A stretch of 61,736 bases of DNA from Gemmatimonadota bacterium. Lineage in GTDB: Bacteria > Gemmatimonadota > Gemmatimonadetes > Palauibacterales > Palauibacteraceae. A program made the translations under genes and the position numbers. The notes beneath the pieces were generated by a model. It saw only the letters and a program-made list of their open reading frames with translations. It did no database searches and was not told the origin of the DNA. Below are positions 38,003-47,020 of this stretch, one piece after another. Position 1 is the first letter of the stretch. Each line of letters begins with the position of its first letter. The stretch covers positions 1 through 61,736 of the forward strand of contig JAZGCO010000084.1 in assembly GCA_036476995.1 (NCBI GenBank). The letters are read 5' to 3'.

Positions 38003-39076
38003 ATGTTGATCGTCATGAAACATACGGCTCCGCCCGAGCAGATCGAGCACGTCATAGCGGAGATCCAGCGGCGAGGATACCGGGCTGAGCCTATTGCCGG
38101 CCGGGAGCGAACCGCGATTGCTCTCATCGGCGACGACGGCCGAGTCGATGCTAACGTCCTCGCTGCGCTGCCCGGCGTAGTCCGAATTATCCATGTTTCA
38201 CCGCCCTACAGGCAGGTCAGCCGTGAGACAAGACCAGAGGACACTGTGTTTGATCTCCCGAACGGGTCACTCGTAGGCGGCCGAAACGTGGTGATCATGG
38301 CGGGTCCGTGCGCGGTCGAGTCCGAAGAACAGATCTTCGAGACCGCGAAGCAGGTACGAAACGCAGGGGCGACGATACTTCGAGGAGGCGCTTTCAAACC
38401 TCGCACGTCGCCGTATGCCTTCCAGGGCCTGGGCGAGAAGGGGTTGGCTCTGCTGGCCGCGGCAGGCCGAGAGTATGGGATGCCGGTGGTGACCGAGGCG
38501 GTGGACCCTGCGGGTGTCGAGCTCGTGGTTCGCTATGCTGACATCATCCAGATCGGCGCGCGCAACATGCAGAACTACTCATTGCTCAGGGAGGCCGGCC
38601 GGTCAGGCAAACCGATTGTCCTCAAGAGAGGCTTGAGTGCCACGATCAAAGAGCTTTTGCTCGCAGCGGAGTACATCTTTCTCGAGGGAGAGACCCGCGT
38701 CATCCTGTGCGAGCGAGGTATCCGGACCTTTGCCAGCCATGCCCGAAATACGCTGGACCTTACCGCCGTGGCGACGGTGCACGAGCTCTCGCACCTGCCG
38801 ATCATAGTCGATCCAAGCCACGCAACAGGGAGCCGGTCCAAGGTGATACCGATGGCCCGGGCCGCCGTCGCTGCCGGAGCAGACGGCGTCATGTTGGAGG
38901 TTCATCCGGAGCCGGAACGTGCCTTGTCGGACGGTGCGCAGTCCCTGCGCACGGAGCAGCTTCCACAGCTTATTGACGAACTCAGGGTAATAGCCCGAGC
39001 GATTGGGAGGGACCTGGAGCCGCGAAGAGAGTCAGCAAGCGCGTCCGGTGTGCAGTCAGTCGCCGGCACCGTCTAA
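38003..39076 (+). CDS. aroF: 3-deoxy-7-phosphoheptulonate (DAHP) synthase, class I-beta with N-terminal regulatory domain
   Basis: AGPCAVES, RGGAFKPRTSPY, QIGARNMQN, LKRG, CERGIR and DPSH motifs. Confidence 0.93.
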   Translation: MLIVMKHTAPPEQIEHVIAEIQRRGYRAEPIAGRERTAIALIGDDGRVDANVLAALPGVVRIIHVSPPYRQVSRETRPEDTVFDLPNGSLVGGRNVVIMAGPCAVESEEQIFETAKQVRNAGATILRGGAFKPRTSPYAFQGLGEKGLALLAAAGREYGMPVVTEAVDPAGVELVVRYADIIQIGARNMQNYSLLREAGRSGKPIVLKRGLSATIKELLLAAEYIFLEGETRVILCERGIRTFASHARNTLDLTAVATVHELSHLPIIVDPSHATGSRSKVIPMARAAVAAGADGVMLEVHPEPERALSDGAQSLRTEQLPQLIDELRVIARAIGRDLEPRRESASASGVQSVAGTV

Positions 39077-39449
39077 GAAACAGGTTCCGATTCGCCGTCG
39101 GTTCGGTGCGTGGGCCGAGACGGTAGCCGCACGCTGGCTCCGGGTTCACGGCTTTGAGATCCTGGACCGAAACTGGCGCTACGGCCGCCGGGAACTGGAC
39201 ATCGTAGCCCTGGACGGGAGCACGGCGGTGTTCGTAGAAGTGAAGGCCCGCTGCCGTGGTCCTCAGTCGCCCCTCGAAGCGGTGTCTTCCCGGCAGCGTG
39301 CCGGCCTCCGCATCGCCGCGGAGGCTTGGATTCATGCTCACCCCGGCGTGGGTGAGGAATTTCGATTCGACGTAATCGGGGTCGAGTTGAGCAGCGTCAA
39401 TCGCGGCCGGATCGAGCATGTTAAGGACGCCTTCACGGGAGAGCGGTAG
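39048..39449 (+). CDS. YraN/UPF0102 family PD-(D/E)xK nuclease-like protein
   Basis: G..AE..AA..L, RNWR...ELDIVA, VFVEVK and RFDV motifs. Start approximate. Confidence 0.9.
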   Translation: MCSQSPAPSKKQVPIRRRFGAWAETVAARWLRVHGFEILDRNWRYGRRELDIVALDGSTAVFVEVKARCRGPQSPLEAVSSRQRAGLRIAAEAWIHAHPGVGEEFRFDVIGVELSSVNRGRIEHVKDAFTGER

Positions 39450-39490
39450 CGTGGTTTGCCCGACCGTTTGTCTGGCCCGTACGTTGCCGC

Positions 39491-39585
39491 ACCCCAGGCC
39501 CGTGGGGCCGGCGCGCGTGAACCCCGTCAGGACCGTGAAGGTAGCAGCGGTAAGCGTGCAAAGGTCGCCACGGTACGCCTGGGGT
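39491..39585 (+). ncRNA. ffs: Signal recognition particle RNA (small/4.5S type)
   Basis: Terminal stem ACCCCAGGC/GCCTGGGGT, conserved GTCAGG...AGCAGC helix-8 core, and position immediately upstream of dnaX. Confidence 0.93.
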
Positions 39586-39626
39586 TTCCGCTTTCGGTAC
39601 AGGGTTCCCATCGGTAGCTTCAGCCG

Positions 39627-41345
39627 ATGCATCGGATCGCCCTGGCGCGGCGCTACCGGCCCCGCCGTTTCGACGAACTTGTAGGTCAGGATCATGTCGG
39701 ATCGACGCTTTCACGAGCGGTCGAATCGGGCCGACTGGCGCACGCCTACCTGTTTAGTGGCCCCCGAGGAATAGGCAAGACCACGGCGGCCCGCATCCTT
39801 GCCATGGCGCTCAACTGCGACCAACAGTCCGGCGGCGAGCCCTGCGGAGAGTGCGATTCCTGCGAGCAGATCTGGGCGGGCCGCATGTCGCTGGACGTGA
39901 TCGAGATCGATGCGGCGTCCAATCGAGGAGTAGACGACGCCCGGGACCTGCGAGAGCGAGCGATGTATGCGCCCTCTGACGAGGGTCGGTACAAAGTGTA
40001 CATCCTGGATGAGGCCCACATGCTGACGAGCCAGGCATGGAACACTCTTCTAAAGGTGCTTGAGGAGCCGCCTCCCCGCGTCATCTTTGCCTTTGCCACG
40101 ACAGAGCCACAGAAGATCCGGCAGTCGGCGGAGCCCGTTCTGTCTCGCTGCCAGCGCTTTGATTTTCGCCGCCTCCCGGTGGAGCAAATGATCGTGCATC
40201 TGCGGAACGTACTGGATCAAGAGGGAGTGAAGGCCGAAGAGGGAGCTCTGATGGCTGTGGCGCGGCGGGCTGAAGGGGGGATTCGCGACGCGTTGTCGCT
40301 CCTGGACCAGGTCCTGTCGTTCTCGAACGATTCGGTCGAACTCGCCGACGTGCAGCGCATGCTCGGTCTCGTCGAGGAAGACCAGTACGTAGACCTTTTG
40401 CGCCTGTGCGCGAACGGCGACCGAGCGGCCGTCTTTCCGTACGTGCAGGCCCTCGTTGACGCTGGATATGACCTGGAAGAGTTTGTTCGCGGGCTTGGGG
40501 ATGCACTGCGGGCGACTCTAGCCCTGAAGCTGGATGCGCAGACCAATGTGGCGGAGCTGACTCAAGACTCCCGCGACCTCTTCATACGGGCCGGCGAGGC
40601 GTTCCAGGAAACGGATCTGCTGCGACTTCTGGTCGCGGTGTCCGACTTCGAGGCGGCCGGCCGGTTCCGGCGCAGCGCGCAGCCTCGCACCCAGCTTGAG
40701 GTGTTGTTGCTGCGCCTCGCAAGCCTGGATGCATCGGCCGAACTTACAGAACTGCTGACCGCAGCCGGCGGACCTGGATCTGGCACGCCCCGGTCGCCTT
40801 TACCCGAACAGCCAGCGAAGCCGCAGGCCGCGCTACTTCCGCAGGCTGCGCCACCTCCGCAGGCTGCGCCACCTCCGCAGGCCGCGCCACTTCCGCAGGC
40901 CGCGCCACCTCCGCAGGCTGCGCCACCTCCGGCCGCCGAGGAATCGCTCCAAGACCACGGTTCGGCCAATTCGGTGGCGATTCCACGGGACACCTGGCTT
41001 GCCGCGCTGGACAAGGCCCGGCTGGCAGGGGTGGCAGTGAGCCTCCGCGGCGTGGAAGTGGAGAGCTTTTCGGAAGGCCGTGTCGTGCTGAGAGCGGCTC
41101 CTGGCCTTGTGGACGATCTGCAGGAGTTCCTGAATGACGTGACCCGCTCGGCGGCGCTCCGGCTAGAGCTAGCCAGGCGTGTCGGACTGTCTGCCGACCG
41201 CCTGACATTCGAGGTGGAGTCATCCGGTTCGCGGGAACGCCTTACGTCGGAGAGGGCGAAGCAACAGCAACTCTCAAGCATGGTGGCCGCGGATCCCCGC
41301 CTTCGTGAGGCGGTAGAAGTACTCGATCTCAGAATCACGGAGTAG
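39627..41345 (+). CDS. dnaX: DNA polymerase III subunit gamma/tau
   Basis: LARRYRP, GPRGIGKTT, Cys4 zinc motif, EIDAASNRG, DEAHML and SRCQ. Confidence 0.97.
   Translation: MHRIALARRYRPRRFDELVGQDHVGSTLSRAVESGRLAHAYLFSGPRGIGKTTAARILAMALNCDQQSGGEPCGECDSCEQIWAGRMSLDVIEIDAASNRGVDDARDLRERAMYAPSDEGRYKVYILDEAHMLTSQAWNTLLKVLEEPPPRVIFAFATTEPQKIRQSAEPVLSRCQRFDFRRLPVEQMIVHLRNVLDQEGVKAEEGALMAVARRAEGGIRDALSLLDQVLSFSNDSVELADVQRMLGLVEEDQYVDLLRLCANGDRAAVFPYVQALVDAGYDLEEFVRGLGDALRATLALKLDAQTNVAELTQDSRDLFIRAGEAFQETDLLRLLVAVSDFEAAGRFRRSAQPRTQLEVLLLRLASLDASAELTELLTAAGGPGSGTPRSPLPEQPAKPQAALLPQAAPPPQAAPPPQAAPLPQAAPPPQAAPPPAAEESLQDHGSANSVAIPRDTWLAALDKARLAGVAVSLRGVEVESFSEGRVVLRAAPGLVDDLQEFLNDVTRSAALRLELARRVGLSADRLTFEVESSGSRERLTSERAKQQQLSSMVAADPRLREAVEVLDLRITE
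40821..40928 (+). repeat. 6 x 18-bp coding tandem repeat (PQAAPP/L) in the DnaX linker
   Basis: CCGCAGGCYGCGCYACYT six times. Confidence 0.95.
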
Positions 41346-41353
41346 GACAGCCG

Positions 41354-41689
41354 GTGGAGAAGCCAAACCAGCTACAACAGCTTATGCAGATGGGGCAGCA
41401 GGTACAGGCCCGTATGGCCGCTGCCCAGAAAAAGCTGGAAGACGAGACGGTGACCGCTTCGAGCGGTGGCGGCTTGGTCGAAGTCACGGCTAGCGGTAAG
41501 GGCGCCATACGATCGATTCGCATCGATCCGAAGGCGATCGATCCGAGCGATCCTGAGATGCTGGAAGACCTGGTGCTGGCCGCCCTGACAAAGGCCCAAT
41601 CCGAGGCGCGCGAGGTACTTGAGCGTGAGATGAAACAGGCGGCCGGCGGCTTTCCGATACCCGGTCTCGATTCCTTGCTGGGCAGCTGA
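41354..41689 (+). CDS. ybaB: YbaB/EbfC nucleoid-associated protein
   Basis: SSGGGLVEVT and DPEMLEDLVLAA motifs, located between dnaX and recR. Confidence 0.93.
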   Translation: MEKPNQLQQLMQMGQQVQARMAAAQKKLEDETVTASSGGGLVEVTASGKGAIRSIRIDPKAIDPSDPEMLEDLVLAALTKAQSEAREVLEREMKQAAGGFPIPGLDSLLGS

Positions 41690-41701
41690 GCGGAGAACAC
41701 G

Positions 41702-42289
41702 ATGTCGGCGATTGAGGGTCTGATTCGTGAGTTGGGACGGCTTCCGGGAATCGGGCGCAAGACGGCGCAGCGCCTGACCTATCACCTGCTGAAGGCACCG
41801 TCCGATGACGCACGCCGCTTGGCTCAGGCGATTCAGCGGGTAGTGGACGAGGTCGAACCCTGCCAAGTCTGTGGCAATCTGAGCAGTTCGAACCCCTGCG
41901 ACCTGTGCGAGAATCCCAACCGGGATCCAAGCGAGGTCTGTGTCGTAGAAGAAGCCTCTGACATCCCCGCGATCGAACAGTCGGGACAGTATCGAGGGAA
42001 GTACCATGTGCTCGGCGGACGCCTGTCACCGTTGGACGGTATCGGACCAGAGGATCTGAACGTTGAGTCGCTTCTGCGACGACTGCCCGTTGGCGTCAGT
42101 GAAGTCATCCTCGCGACGAATCCGAGCGTGGAAGGGGAGGCTACGGCCACGTATTTGCACAAGCTGGCCTCAAAGATAGACGGGATACGAATTACCCGTC
42201 TGGCGCGAGGATTACCTGTTGGAGGCGATCTGGAGTACGCAGACGGCGTGACAATAGCGGAAGCATTCAGTGGACGGAGAGAGATGTAG
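41702..42289 (+). CDS. recR: Recombination mediator RecR
   Basis: LPGIGRKTAQR, CxxC...CxxC, YHVLGG, ATNPSVEGEAT and GGDLEYAD motifs. Confidence 0.97.
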   Translation: MSAIEGLIRELGRLPGIGRKTAQRLTYHLLKAPSDDARRLAQAIQRVVDEVEPCQVCGNLSSSNPCDLCENPNRDPSEVCVVEEASDIPAIEQSGQYRGKYHVLGGRLSPLDGIGPEDLNVESLLRRLPVGVSEVILATNPSVEGEATATYLHKLASKIDGIRITRLARGLPVGGDLEYADGVTIAEAFSGRREM

Positions 42290-42634
42290 ATGGCGAAAAA
42301 GGTGGTGGTCGTCAGCAGTGGTAATGATACTCTTTGGAAGGTTCTGCGCCTGTCAGCGGGGCTGGTCGTCGGCGCCGCCGCGCTGGGCGGAATAGGTTTT
42401 TGGCTGGCTCGGGATCAGATGGAGCGACACCAGAGCGATCTGTTCAGCCCGCACCCGATGCGGAGGCTGGCTGCTCTGGGTCACTTGCGCAGGAGTCCGG
42501 GTGTGGACAACGTCTTGCTCCTGAGGGACTTCCTAGCCTGGGAGGAACGGCCGCATCTACGTAAGAAGGCCGCCGTGATCCTGGAGGGCATGGAGAGCCA
42601 ACTCTCCGACCAGGAATCGATGGAAGGGCCGTAG
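42290..42634 (+). CDS. Small membrane-anchored hypothetical protein with a HEAT-like helical pair
   Basis: One TM helix, then DLFSPHPMRRLAALGHL...LRKKA. Starts directly after the recR stop. Confidence 0.7.
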   Translation: MAKKVVVVSSGNDTLWKVLRLSAGLVVGAAALGGIGFWLARDQMERHQSDLFSPHPMRRLAALGHLRRSPGVDNVLLLRDFLAWEERPHLRKKAAVILEGMESQLSDQESMEGP

Positions 42635-42672
42635 TTCGCGGGACACTGCGATCCCCCTGCACCGAGGCTGAC

Positions 42673-43245
42673 ATGGCAACGATCAACACGTCGAGAAACG
42701 AAATCGACTGTAAGATCGTGTATTGCGGACCGTTTAGGAGTGGCAAGACCACTAATCTTCGGCACGTACACCATGTGCTGGAGCCCGGAACGCGCGGTCC
42801 GTTGATCGCTCCGGCGGGCGATAGTGATCGCACTATCTTCTTCGATTTTCTTGCTGTTGAACTGGGGGATCTGGCCGGCATGCATGCTCGAGTCCAGCTT
42901 CTCGCTGCGCCCGGGCGCGCTGGTTCTCTAGAGGCGCGTCGACGAGTTCTGGCCGGTGCGGATGGGGTAGTGTTTGTGGCTGACAGTGCACCGGACCGCC
43001 TGGATGACAACACGGTCTCGCTTGCCGAACTCCAGGACAATCTTGCCATGCTGGGGCGCTCTGATGTGCCTGTGGTTCTCCAATACAACAAGCGAGATCT
43101 GCCTGACGCGACAGCCGTCGAGACGCTCGACAAGGCGCTGAACTCCGAGCGGGTCCCCACGTTTGAGGCGATAGCGATCCAAGGAGACGGTGTAATAGAT
43201 TCGCTGGTATCGGTGTCCCGGGCTGTCGTCGCGTCGTTCGCCTGA
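42673..43245 (+). CDS. mglA: MglA-family small GTPase with substituted catalytic positions
   Basis: EIDCKIVY-x-GP-x-x-SGKTTNL, DRTIFFDFL, GADGVVFVADS and QYNKRDLP. Colinear with MglA numbering. Confidence 0.85.
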   Translation: MATINTSRNEIDCKIVYCGPFRSGKTTNLRHVHHVLEPGTRGPLIAPAGDSDRTIFFDFLAVELGDLAGMHARVQLLAAPGRAGSLEARRRVLAGADGVVFVADSAPDRLDDNTVSLAELQDNLAMLGRSDVPVVLQYNKRDLPDATAVETLDKALNSERVPTFEAIAIQGDGVIDSLVSVSRAVVASFA

Positions 43246-43264
43246 ATCGGCTGGCTAGCTCGAG

Positions 43265-43927
43265 ATGAACCTCCCAAACGCGATAACAACGCTTCGCGTC
43301 GCTCTCGTTCCTCTTGTCGCCTGGCTCCTGTTCCAGCCCTCGACGACACTTCGATTGCTGTCGTTTGTCGTCTTTCTGGCGGCGGCCCTTTCGGATCTCG
43401 CAGACGGAAGTCTGGCGCGCAGCCGGGGAGAGATTACCACCGTCGGGAAGTTGATCGATCCGATCGCCGATAAGCTGCTCTTGGCCGTCACTCTGATTGC
43501 GTTTCATATCCTGACGCGGGGAGACCCCAGTCTGGCAGGCCTCCCCGTGTTCGACGGGATCGCGGCCTGGGTGCTCATAGTATTCATTGGCCGAGAAGCG
43601 ATCGTAACCGTGCTTCGCGCGGCTGCCGCACACAAGGGAGTTGTCGTGGGAGCCGGACCGTCCGGCAAGAGAAAAGCCCTTGCTCAGAACATCTTCCTCG
43701 GCGCCATGATTCTGTGGATTGCCTATCGTACGGCAGCTGTGGCCAACAACTGGACTGGCACGCTGAACGGCTCCTGGAGCGCGTTTCACGGCTGGTTCAC
43801 GACGATCTCGCTGTTCGCGGCCCTTGCGCTAACCGTGTATTCACTCGCTGTGTATCTGGCACTCTTCCGGCGGGTCTTCTCCACCAGCCTCAAAGCGGAC
43901 GGCCGCGACGCGAGCCGTGGCTCCTAG
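43265..43927 (+). CDS. pgsA: CDP-alcohol phosphatidyltransferase (PgsA-like)
   Basis: MNLPNAIT..R and D-x-x-DG-x-LAR...GKLIDPIADK motifs. Confidence 0.88.
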   Translation: MNLPNAITTLRVALVPLVAWLLFQPSTTLRLLSFVVFLAAALSDLADGSLARSRGEITTVGKLIDPIADKLLLAVTLIAFHILTRGDPSLAGLPVFDGIAAWVLIVFIGREAIVTVLRAAAAHKGVVVGAGPSGKRKALAQNIFLGAMILWIAYRTAAVANNWTGTLNGSWSAFHGWFTTISLFAALALTVYSLAVYLALFRRVFSTSLKADGRDASRGS

Positions 43928-44396
43928 TTCAGTAGCCGAATTGGCTGCACACATCGTTGGCCGGCTGACCCAGCTCGGTGAGACAGTCTCTGTGGCCGAG
44001 AGCTGCACGGGTGGTGGTTTAGGTGCGTCGATCACGGAAGTCCCAGGCGCGTCAGCTGTGTTTTGGGGCGGGGTGATCGCGTACGCCGATGTCTTGAAGA
44101 CCGATCTGCTGGGGATTCCGGAGCCGCTCATCGACCGGTGTGGCGCGGTGTCGGAAGAAGTGGCCGTAGGCCTGGCAAGCGGGGTCCGGAAGCTGCTGGG
44201 CACGACATGGGGGCTCAGCGTGACCGGGATCGCCGGTCCGGGAGGGGGCAGTCCCGCCAAGCCAGTGGGCACTGTTTGGCTTGCTCTCGATGGACCTCGT
44301 CCGGCAACGCAAGGTCTCACCGGATCGGCCTCACGGTCCGAAGTGCGCGACAGGGCCATCCATGGTGCGCTCGCGCTGCTTGAAAGCGCCCTCTAG
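43917..44396 (+). CDS. pncC: Stand-alone CinA C-terminal domain (NMN deamidase, PncC)
   Basis: AESCTGG, PGAS, GAVSEEVA, TGIAGPGGG and KPVG motifs. Confidence 0.88.
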   Translation: MAPSSVAELAAHIVGRLTQLGETVSVAESCTGGGLGASITEVPGASAVFWGGVIAYADVLKTDLLGIPEPLIDRCGAVSEEVAVGLASGVRKLLGTTWGLSVTGIAGPGGGSPAKPVGTVWLALDGPRPATQGLTGSASRSEVRDRAIHGALALLESAL

Positions 44397-44398
44397 AC

Positions 44399-45226
44399 AT
44401 GTCGCCGGGAACACTTGCCGGATCGGACGGGCACACGCTGCACTACGACTCGTGGCATGTCGACCGTCCTCGCGGACGGGTGCTTATCCTGCACGGGCTG
44501 GGCGAGTACGGCGGCAGATATGCGTCGGCAGCCCGAGCTGCGAACGGGGCTGATTGCGAAGCGTTCGCGCTCGATCAGCGGGGCCATGGACGGTCAGACG
44601 GCCAGCGAGGACACACTCGGTCATTGGAGGGTGTGGTCACGGATGTCGGCCGATTTCGTGACCTACTGGGCTCCGGTGAGCCGCAGATACCCACGTTCCT
44701 GTTGGGACATTCCGTGGGCGGTCTGGTCGCGCTGCGATACCTTCAAAGTTCGCACGGGCGCGGTGTGCAGGGGGGAATCCTGGCCGCGCCGTTTCTGGCG
44801 GTCTCGATGCATACGCCGAAATGGAAGCTACGATTGGGCGAATGGGCGAGCCGCAGGCTACCGTCCATGACGATGGACAACGGGATTCGCCTGGAGGATC
44901 AGTTCCGGCTGCCGCAGGAGCGGCTGGAGACCCAGAGGGATCGCCTGACGCATAGACGTATCAGCGCCCGGATGTGGAGCGAGTTACAGCGGGGCGCGAA
45001 TCTCGCGACGGCGGCGGCTGAGGCTGTCGAGTGTCCGCTCCTGATCCAGGTTCCGGGGGACGACAGGATCTTGAGCAGCGCGGCAACACTGCGACTGGCA
45101 GAGCGTCTTACGGCCCCAAGCGACGTGCGTACGTACGAGGGAGCGTATCACGACCTGTATCGGGACCCGGTACGGGATCGGGCTCTGGCCGACCTCACCC
45201 GCTGGCTGCAGGACAGGATAGGCTAA
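44399..45226 (+). CDS. Alpha/beta hydrolase (lysophospholipase/monoacylglycerol lipase-like)
   Basis: HGLGEY, DQRGHGRS, GHSVGG and YHDL motifs. Confidence 0.88.
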   Translation: MSPGTLAGSDGHTLHYDSWHVDRPRGRVLILHGLGEYGGRYASAARAANGADCEAFALDQRGHGRSDGQRGHTRSLEGVVTDVGRFRDLLGSGEPQIPTFLLGHSVGGLVALRYLQSSHGRGVQGGILAAPFLAVSMHTPKWKLRLGEWASRRLPSMTMDNGIRLEDQFRLPQERLETQRDRLTHRRISARMWSELQRGANLATAAAEAVECPLLIQVPGDDRILSSAATLRLAERLTAPSDVRTYEGAYHDLYRDPVRDRALADLTRWLQDRIG

Positions 45227-45269
45227 GGCAATATTAGACAGATTACTGACTAAGTGGAGCGATTAGTCC

Positions 45270-45923
45270 ATGTGGAGCGATAAGAAACCGGATTCCGAAG
45301 GCGACGATGTCGCAGACGAGGTGGTCGAAAGCGGCACCGGCGAGTTAGACGCGCTGGCTAGCGTCGATGCGCTCCCCGAGGCAGAGGCCGACCCAGAGCC
45401 CGACCCAGAGTCCGAACCAGAGTCCGAACCAGAGCCCGACCCAGAGTCCGAATCAGAGCCTAATGAGCTCGAAGAGTTGAGAGATCGGCACCTGCGGCTC
45501 GTGGCCGAGTTCGAAAACTTTCGCAAACGCACCCGACGAGAGCAGGCGGAACTCAGGCCTGCGGCTCAAGCCGATCTGGTGAGGAAGCTGCTTCCGACCT
45601 TGGACGACTTGGCCCGCGTGTCTGAAATTCCTCACGACTCGACCACGGTGGAGGCGCTGGATGCGGGCGTCGAACTCATCCTCCGCAACCTGCGAAAGCA
45701 ACTGGAGGAGAGCGGACTCAAGCGAATTGAGGCTGTAGGCAAGCCGTTCGATCCGGCCTTCCACGAAGGAATCCTGGTCACCGAGGTGGACGATCCTGAG
45801 ATCGACCATACAGTCTCCCGGGTTCTCCTTGAAGGGTATGAGTTTGAAGGGCGCCTCGTGCGTCCGGCTCAGGTAGAAATTTATCAGTACTCGGCGCCCT
45901 CCGCGGAGACTGTGGACGACTGA
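45270..45923 (+). CDS. grpE: Nucleotide exchange factor GrpE
   Basis: [20 protein letters not shown] and GY...RLVRPAQV motifs. Confidence 0.95.
   Translation: MWSDKKPDSEGDDVADEVVESGTGELDALASVDALPEAEADPEPDPESEPESEPEPDPESESEPNELEELRDRHLRLVAEFENFRKRTRREQAELRPAAQADLVRKLLPTLDDLARVSEIPHDSTTVEALDAGVELILRNLRKQLEESGLKRIEAVGKPFDPAFHEGILVTEVDDPEIDHTVSRVLLEGYEFEGRLVRPAQVEIYQYSAPSAETVDD
45384..45455 (+). repeat. 6 x 12-bp coding tandem repeat (EPDP/ESEP) in the GrpE N-terminus
   Basis: GAG(G/C/T)CCGA(C/A)(C/T)CA units from 45384 to 45455. Confidence 0.85.
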
Positions 45924-47020
45924 TGGCCACGCGCCCCAAAGACTACTACAAGGTCTTAGGAGTAGCCGAGAACGCGTCGGCCGATGAGATCAAGAAGGCC
46001 TACCGCAAGCTGGCTAAGACGTATCATCCGGACGCCAATCCGGACAATCCCGAGGCCGGTGAGCGCTTCAAGGGGATCTCTGAAGCATATGGGGTGCTAT
46101 CCGACGGCGACAGTCGCCGCAAGTACGATCAGCTGCGTCGATTTGGCGGACTGGGGGGATTGCGACAGGCACAGGGGACGGGTGCCGGGAGATCCGGAGA
46201 ACATAGTTTCCGCTTCGAGGATATCGGCGGAATCGGCGATATCTTCAGTTCGATCTTTGACTTCGGCAGGCGCGAGAAGGATCGGCCCAGAGGACCCACA
46301 CGGGGCCACGATGTGGAATACCTGGTCGAGATTTCGCTGAAGACGGCTGCGCTGGGTGGAAAAGCGACGATCAGCGTCCCGATTACCGAAGAGTGCGCCA
46401 CGTGCGACGGGTCCGGAGCGAAGCCAGGCACGAAGCTAGACACCTGCGGCGAATGCGCCGGTCAAGGTACCGTGCATTTCGGCCAGGGAACGTTTTCGGT
46501 TCAGCGTCCCTGTCCGAATTGCGTGGGCCGGGGCCGCATCCCGAAACAGCCGTGCGAAACGTGCTCCGGCCGCGGCGACGTCACATCGCACCGGCGCATC
46601 GCGGTTACGGTGCCCGCCGGCGTGGAGAGCGGGTCCAGGCTTCGGTTGTCGGGTCAGGGTGAGCGCGGTCCAAAAGGAGGTGCGGCAGGCGACCTTATCG
46701 TTCGATTCCGCATCAAGCCGGACCGATTCTTTACGCGGGACGGCCTGCACTTGATCTGTGAAGTGCCTCTGAACCTGGCTCAGGCGATGCTCGGATCGAA
46801 GATAAAGGTGCGGACGATCGATAACAGGAAGGTCGTCTTGAAGGTGCCGTCCGGTACGCAGAGTGGGACGATTTTTCGCATCCGGGGCCAGGGAGTTGAA
46901 AAGGGCGAGAAGAGGGGCGATCAGCTCGTGCGCGTGAAGGTCGTGGTTCCCGATCAGCTGTCGGAGGAAGGTCGCGAGGCGGCTGAGAAGCTCGCCCGTG
47001 TCGAGGGTCTACGACACTAG
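45923..47020 (+). CDS. dnaJ: Chaperone DnaJ (J domain, zinc finger, C-terminal domain)
   Basis: [11 protein letters not shown] and four CxxCxGxG repeats. Confidence 0.96.
   Translation: MATRPKDYYKVLGVAENASADEIKKAYRKLAKTYHPDANPDNPEAGERFKGISEAYGVLSDGDSRRKYDQLRRFGGLGGLRQAQGTGAGRSGEHSFRFEDIGGIGDIFSSIFDFGRREKDRPRGPTRGHDVEYLVEISLKTAALGGKATISVPITEECATCDGSGAKPGTKLDTCGECAGQGTVHFGQGTFSVQRPCPNCVGRGRIPKQPCETCSGRGDVTSHRRIAVTVPAGVESGSRLRLSGQGERGPKGGAAGDLIVRFRIKPDRFFTRDGLHLICEVPLNLAQAMLGSKIKVRTIDNRKVVLKVPSGTQSGTIFRIRGQGVEKGEKRGDQLVRVKVVVPDQLSEEGREAAEKLARVEGLRH

Noticed and set aside
39627-41345. Programmed frameshift in dnaX producing the gamma subunit
   Set aside because: No A-AAA-AAG or long A-run slippery site was seen.
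45248-45268. GACTAA-N9-TTAGTC inverted repeat before grpE as a CIRCE element or RNA thermometer
   Set aside because: The arms do not match TTAGCACTC-N9-GAGTGCTAA, and the GGAG SD would lie in the loop rather than be sequestered.
26436-45455. Repeats in rpsF, dnaX and grpE as possible CRISPR arrays
   Set aside because: They are head-to-tail, in-frame coding repeats with no spacers, and no cas genes are present.
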